Source: Candidatus Saganbacteria bacterium (GTDB taxonomy: Bacteria; Margulisbacteria; WOR-1; O2-12-FULL-45-9). From it: a stretch of 64,000 nt of DNA. The notes beneath the pieces are model-generated. The model had not been told where the DNA came from. It was given only the letters and a program-made list of their open reading frames with translations, and searched no databases. Positions 59,059 through 64,000 of the stretch are shown in pieces. The number at the start of each line of letters is the position of its first letter. Position 1 is the stretch's first letter. Both the position numbers and the translations under genes were made by a program. The stretch is taken from NCBI GenBank assembly GCA_016219705.1, contig JACRKQ010000053.1:6793-70792 (forward strand). The letters are read 5' to 3'.

Positions 59059-61923
59059 CTGGAGTACAAACAAACCCTCAATCTGCCCCAGACCGCTTTT
59101 CCCATCCGCGCTAATTTGCAAAAAATTGAAGCGGATTTGCTGGCGCATTGGGAAAATCTTGACCTCTATCAGCAAATTCAAGCCAAGAATAAAACAGCCG
59201 CTAAAAAATTTGTTTTGCATGACGGCCCCCCTTATCCTAATGGCGATATTCACCTTGGCCATGCTTTGAATAAAATCATCAAAGATATCATTATTAAATA
59301 TAAATCGATGCAGGGCTTTGCCTCTCCCTATATCCCCGGTTGGGACTGTCACGGTTTGCCGATCGAAACACAGCTGATCAAGCAGTTGACAGATGAAGAG
59401 CGCAAAAAATATAAAGAGCCGAATAAAAAAGTTGAGTTTAGGAATAGGTGTAAAGAATATGCCTTAAAATATGTTGACTTGCAGCGCCAGGAGTTTAAAC
59501 GCCTGGGAGCGCTTGGCGACTGGGAAAACCCATATTTAACGATTGATCCTCTATATGAAGCCGACATAATTCGCCTCTTTGGGGATTTGGCCGAAAAAGG
59601 TTATGTTTATCGCGGCTTAAAACCGATTCACTGGTGTCCGCATTGCGAAACGGCATTGGCGGAAGCGGAATTGGAATATGAGGAGGATAAGTCGCCGTCA
59701 ATCTACGTCAAATTCGAAATCCGAAATCCGAAATCAGAAATAAATTCCAAAATTAAAAATCCAAACTTGCCAACTGATTTGCCCTGGTTTTTTGTCGTTT
59801 GGACGACGACGCCGTGGACTCTGCCAGCGAACATGGCGATTGCAGCGCATGCGGAATACGAGTACGTATTTATTAATGTCAAATGTCAAATGACAAATGA
59901 CAAATATCGGAATGAAATTTATATTGTTGCCGAAGGTTTGCTGGAAGATTTTGTAAAAAGAGTCGGGATTACAGATTATCAAATCATTGATAAGACCAAA
60001 GGGGAATATTTAGAAGGCGTTGTCGCTAAACATCCCTTTATTGATTGCGACGTTATGCTCGTCTTGGATGAATATGTCACCCTGGAGCAGGGGACGGGCT
60101 TGGTACATATTGCTCCAGGACACGGAATTGAAGATTATAAAGTTGGTCTAAAATATAAATTGTTCCCCATTGTCATGCCGGTTACGGCTGATGGGCGCTT
60201 TGACGAAACGGTCCCGGAATTTATCCGCGGTGAATTTTATAAGAAAGCGAATGACTTAATTATTGAGCAACTCAAAAATGGAGGAAGTTTTCTCAGGTTA
60301 GAGAACATAAAACATTCTTTCCCTCATTGCTGGCGCTGTAAGAATCCCGTTATTTTTCGGGCAACCGAGCAGTGGTTTGTTTCTGTTGATCATCTTGGAA
60401 TGCGCGAGAAGGCATTGAAGGCCATTATTGATACAAAGTGGTATCCGGCTTGGGGAGAAAATCGGATTCGCGGGATGGTAGAAACCCGTCCGGATTGGTG
60501 TATCTCTCGTCAGAGAACCTGGGGGGTGCCGATTCCGGTTTTTTATTGTGATAAATGTCACCAGCCGTCAATGACCGGAATTTTTAATGAATCAATCCGC
60601 AAAATTGTTTTAGAACGGGGGACGAATGGTTGGTTTGATTTGTCAGCCAAGGAGATTTTGCCGTCGGGAACAAAATGTTCAAAATGCGACGGCGATTCTT
60701 TTACTAAAGAAACCGATATTCTCGATGTCTGGTTTGAATCAGGCTCGTCTCACGCGCTGCTGGAGCGCTTGCCGGATCATCATTGGCCGGCGGACTTATA
60801 TCTTGAGGGTTCTGATCAGCATCGCGGTTGGTTTCAAAGTTCTTTATTGATTGCTGTGGGATATAAAGGGAGGGCGCCGTTTAATTCTGTCCTGACTCAT
60901 GGCTTTACCATTGATGATAAGGGAAAAAAGATGAGCAAATCCCTGGGCAATGTCATCGGTCCGCAAGAGGTGGTTAAAGAATATGGAGCGGATGTTTTGC
61001 GTCTCTGGGTTGCGTCGACAGATTTTCGCAACGATATGGCGGCGTCAAAGAATATTCTAGTTCAGGTCAGAGAGGCCTATTCAAAAATTCGCAATACCTG
61101 CCGTTTTTTAATCAGTAATTTATATGATTTTACCCCCTCCTCCGACGTGCGTCGGAGTCTCCCCCTTGAAAAGGGGGAGAATGAGAGGGGGTTGCTTGAA
61201 CTTGACCGTTGGATACTTTTGCGCTTGAATCGATTAATTGAGAGGATAATCCAATCTTACGACGAATATGAACTGCACGTTGTTTATCACGCTCTTTATG
61301 AATTTTGTGTAAACGATCTCTCGGCTCATTATCTCGATATGTCCAAAGATCGGCTGTATTGCGACGGTAAAAGTTCGCCAGAGCGACGCTCGGCCCAATT
61401 TGCGATGTGGGAGATATTGTTTGCCTTAGTTGGAATGATGGCCCCTGTTCTCTCCTTTACGGCGGAAGACATCGGGCGGCATATGGCGGCAATGACTAAT
61501 GACAAATGCCTAATGCCTAATGAAGGCAGTATCTTTTTATCAAACTTCCCTAAAATTAAGGAAGAATATTTAGATAAAGAGTTAGAAGCTCGCTGGGAAA
61601 AGATTATGGTTTTGCGAGCGGAAGTTTATAAAGTGTTGGAAGAGAAGCGGGCCAATAAAATTATTTCGGCTTCGATTGAAGCCGTTGTGGAGATTGGCTT
61701 GCAGGGTCGGGAATGGCTGAAAGCTGTTGATCCCAAAATTCTCCCGATGGTTTTAATTGTTTCCCAAGTCAAATTGGTCGACGGAGATAAAATCGCAGTA
61801 AGTAAGGCGTCTGATCAAAAATGCGGCCGTTGCTGGATGTTGCTCCCGACGGTGGGGAAGAGCCATCAACATCCGGATTTGTGTGAGCGTTGTGAAAAGG
61901 TTGTCAGGGAATTGACAGGGTAA
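59059..61923 (+). CDS. ileS: isoleucine--tRNA ligase (probable CTG start; the ORF track begins at TTG 59116)
   Basis: HLGHALNK (HIGH), KMSKS, C-terminal zinc finger CGRCW...CERC; conserved N-terminus EYKQTLNLPQTAFP is encoded upstream of the called start. Confidence 0.85.
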   Translation: MEYKQTLNLPQTAFPIRANLQKIEADLLAHWENLDLYQQIQAKNKTAAKKFVLHDGPPYPNGDIHLGHALNKIIKDIIIKYKSMQGFASPYIPGWDCHGLPIETQLIKQLTDEERKKYKEPNKKVEFRNRCKEYALKYVDLQRQEFKRLGALGDWENPYLTIDPLYEADIIRLFGDLAEKGYVYRGLKPIHWCPHCETALAEAELEYEEDKSPSIYVKFEIRNPKSEINSKIKNPNLPTDLPWFFVVWTTTPWTLPANMAIAAHAEYEYVFINVKCQMTNDKYRNEIYIVAEGLLEDFVKRVGITDYQIIDKTKGEYLEGVVAKHPFIDCDVMLVLDEYVTLEQGTGLVHIAPGHGIEDYKVGLKYKLFPIVMPVTADGRFDETVPEFIRGEFYKKANDLIIEQLKNGGSFLRLENIKHSFPHCWRCKNPVIFRATEQWFVSVDHLGMREKALKAIIDTKWYPAWGENRIRGMVETRPDWCISRQRTWGVPIPVFYCDKCHQPSMTGIFNESIRKIVLERGTNGWFDLSAKEILPSGTKCSKCDGDSFTKETDILDVWFESGSSHALLERLPDHHWPADLYLEGSDQHRGWFQSSLLIAVGYKGRAPFNSVLTHGFTIDDKGKKMSKSLGNVIGPQEVVKEYGADVLRLWVASTDFRNDMAASKNILVQVREAYSKIRNTCRFLISNLYDFTPSSDVRRSLPLEKGENERGLLELDRWILLRLNRLIERIIQSYDEYELHVVYHALYEFCVNDLSAHYLDMSKDRLYCDGKSSPERRSAQFAMWEILFALVGMMAPVLSFTAEDIGRHMAAMTNDKCLMPNEGSIFLSNFPKIKEEYLDKELEARWEKIMVLRAEVYKVLEEKRANKIISASIEAVVEIGLQGREWLKAVDPKILPMVLIVSQVKLVDGDKIAVSKASDQKCGRCWMLLPTVGKSHQHPDLCERCEKVVRELTG
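59715..59749. repeat. (CGAAATC)x3 plus degenerate units inside ileS
   Basis: Direct reading. Confidence 0.85.
59874..59915. repeat. TAATGTC AAATGTC AAATGAC AAATGAC AAATATC GGAATGA, 42 nt in-frame in ileS
   Basis: Direct reading. Confidence 0.9.
61133..61191. repeat. 59-nt GC-rich nested palindromic element inside ileS: outer stem CCCCCTC/GAGGGGG enclosing two perfect hairpins
   Basis: Inner hairpins: CTCCGACG-tg-CGTCGGAG (61140-61157) and TCTCCCCC-TTGAAAA-GGGGGAGA (61158-61180). Confidence 0.8.
61490..61526. repeat. CAATGAC TAATGAC AAATGCC TAATGCC TAATGAAGG in ileS
   Basis: Direct reading. Confidence 0.85.
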
Positions 61924-61955
61924 CTACATTGTAGTACAATATGGGAGATTGAAAA

Positions 61956-62221
61956 TTGCTTATTTCGGCTTTTGATTGGGATGAGAAGAATATTACGCAT
62001 ATCGCTAGGCACAATGTAACGCCTGAAGAAGTCGAAGAAATGTTTGAAAGTCGGCCATTAATTTTTAAAAGCAGAGACGAGAGTTGTGTTGCTTTAGGAC
62101 AGTCCGATGTTGGTCGTTATTTGATGGTTGCGTATAGATATTGCGAAGCCGAAGCAATTAGAGTTATTACCGCTCGAGATATGAGCGATAGCGAACGACG
62201 TTTATTCAGGAGGAAAAAAGG

Positions 62222-62225
<4 letters not shown>
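61956..62225 (+). CDS. BrnT-like toxin (DUF497)
   Basis: FDWDEKNITHIARHNVTPEEVEE...RVITARDMS pattern; TTG start with GGGAG RBS. Confidence 0.6.
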
Positions 62226-63812
<1,587 letters not shown>

Positions 63813-63814
63813 AT

Positions 63815-63856
63815 AAATGACAAATGCCAAATTACAAATGACAAATGAAGGAAGAA
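63815..63856. repeat. AAATGAC AAATGCC AAATTAC AAATGAC + AAATGAAGGAAG downstream of ahcY
   Basis: Direct reading. Confidence 0.9.
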
Positions 63857-63864
63857 TTATTATA

Positions 63865-64000
63865 TGGCAGACGAAGGGATTAAAGAGCTAGGAGATAAAT
63901 TTAATAAACTGGCCGAAGCGATTGAAAAGGCTGGCGCGAATCATTACGCCGCTTTGGCAACTACCCCTTGGCGTTTTTTCTGGGCTAATTTTTTAATCGG
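63865..64000 (+). CDS. hypothetical protein, 3'-truncated by window edge
   Basis: ATG with AAGGAAG SD supplied by the preceding heptamer array. Confidence 0.35.

Noticed and set aside
59056-59115. Possible T-box or other leader upstream of ileS
   Set aside because: The region is coding: it encodes the conserved IleS N-terminus in frame, so it is not a leader RNA.

Overview
This window is a ~50% GC chromosomal segment from a bacterium that is probably uncultivated or environmental. No rRNA gene is present; one tRNA (tRNA-Trp) sits inside the ribosomal block.

Gene content, in order:
- the 3' end of the nuo operon (nuoM partial, nuoN);
- a minus-strand operon encoding a signal-peptide-plus-T9SS-type C-terminal-domain (CTD)-only protein, a PorV/FadL-like outer-membrane barrel, tsaD and gatCA;
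- housekeeping genes: yggS, sepF, proC, a PfkB kinase, a class II aldolase, rel, efp, accB, a UbiA prenyltransferase, vapBC, a DUF362 protein, recJ and purD;
- a complete ribosomal superoperon: rpmG, tRNA-Trp, secE, nusG, rplKAJL, rpoBC, rpsLG, fusA, then the S10, spc and alpha blocks. It lacks rpmD (L30) and tuf;
- an aminotransferase and truA;
- an accessory toxin-antitoxin (TA) island with two Fic paralogs, an AT-rich HEPN/MNT cassette, Phd/RelE and clear duplication or deletion scars;
- serA, a patatin-like lipase, an H+-pyrophosphatase, ileS, a BrnT/BrnA pair and ahcY.

The most unusual signals are at the sequence level.
- A dispersed family of tandem heptanucleotide arrays, (A/T)AATGAC-like units ending in a conserved AAATGAAGGAAT terminus, plus related heptamer arrays. 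These sit both in intergenic 5' leaders, where the terminus supplies a Shine-Dalgarno (SD) sequence and an ATG, and as in-frame insertions inside essential genes (ileS, purD, tsaD). Several of these are exactly 6 x 7 = 42 nt. One lies inside the signal-peptide codons of the PorV-like surface protein.
- A 59-nt GC-rich nested double-hairpin element embedded in-frame in ileS.
- ileS also appears to initiate at a CTG codon, in the same frame as the upstream hppA and one TAG stop after it.

No CRISPR array, integrase or transposase is present.
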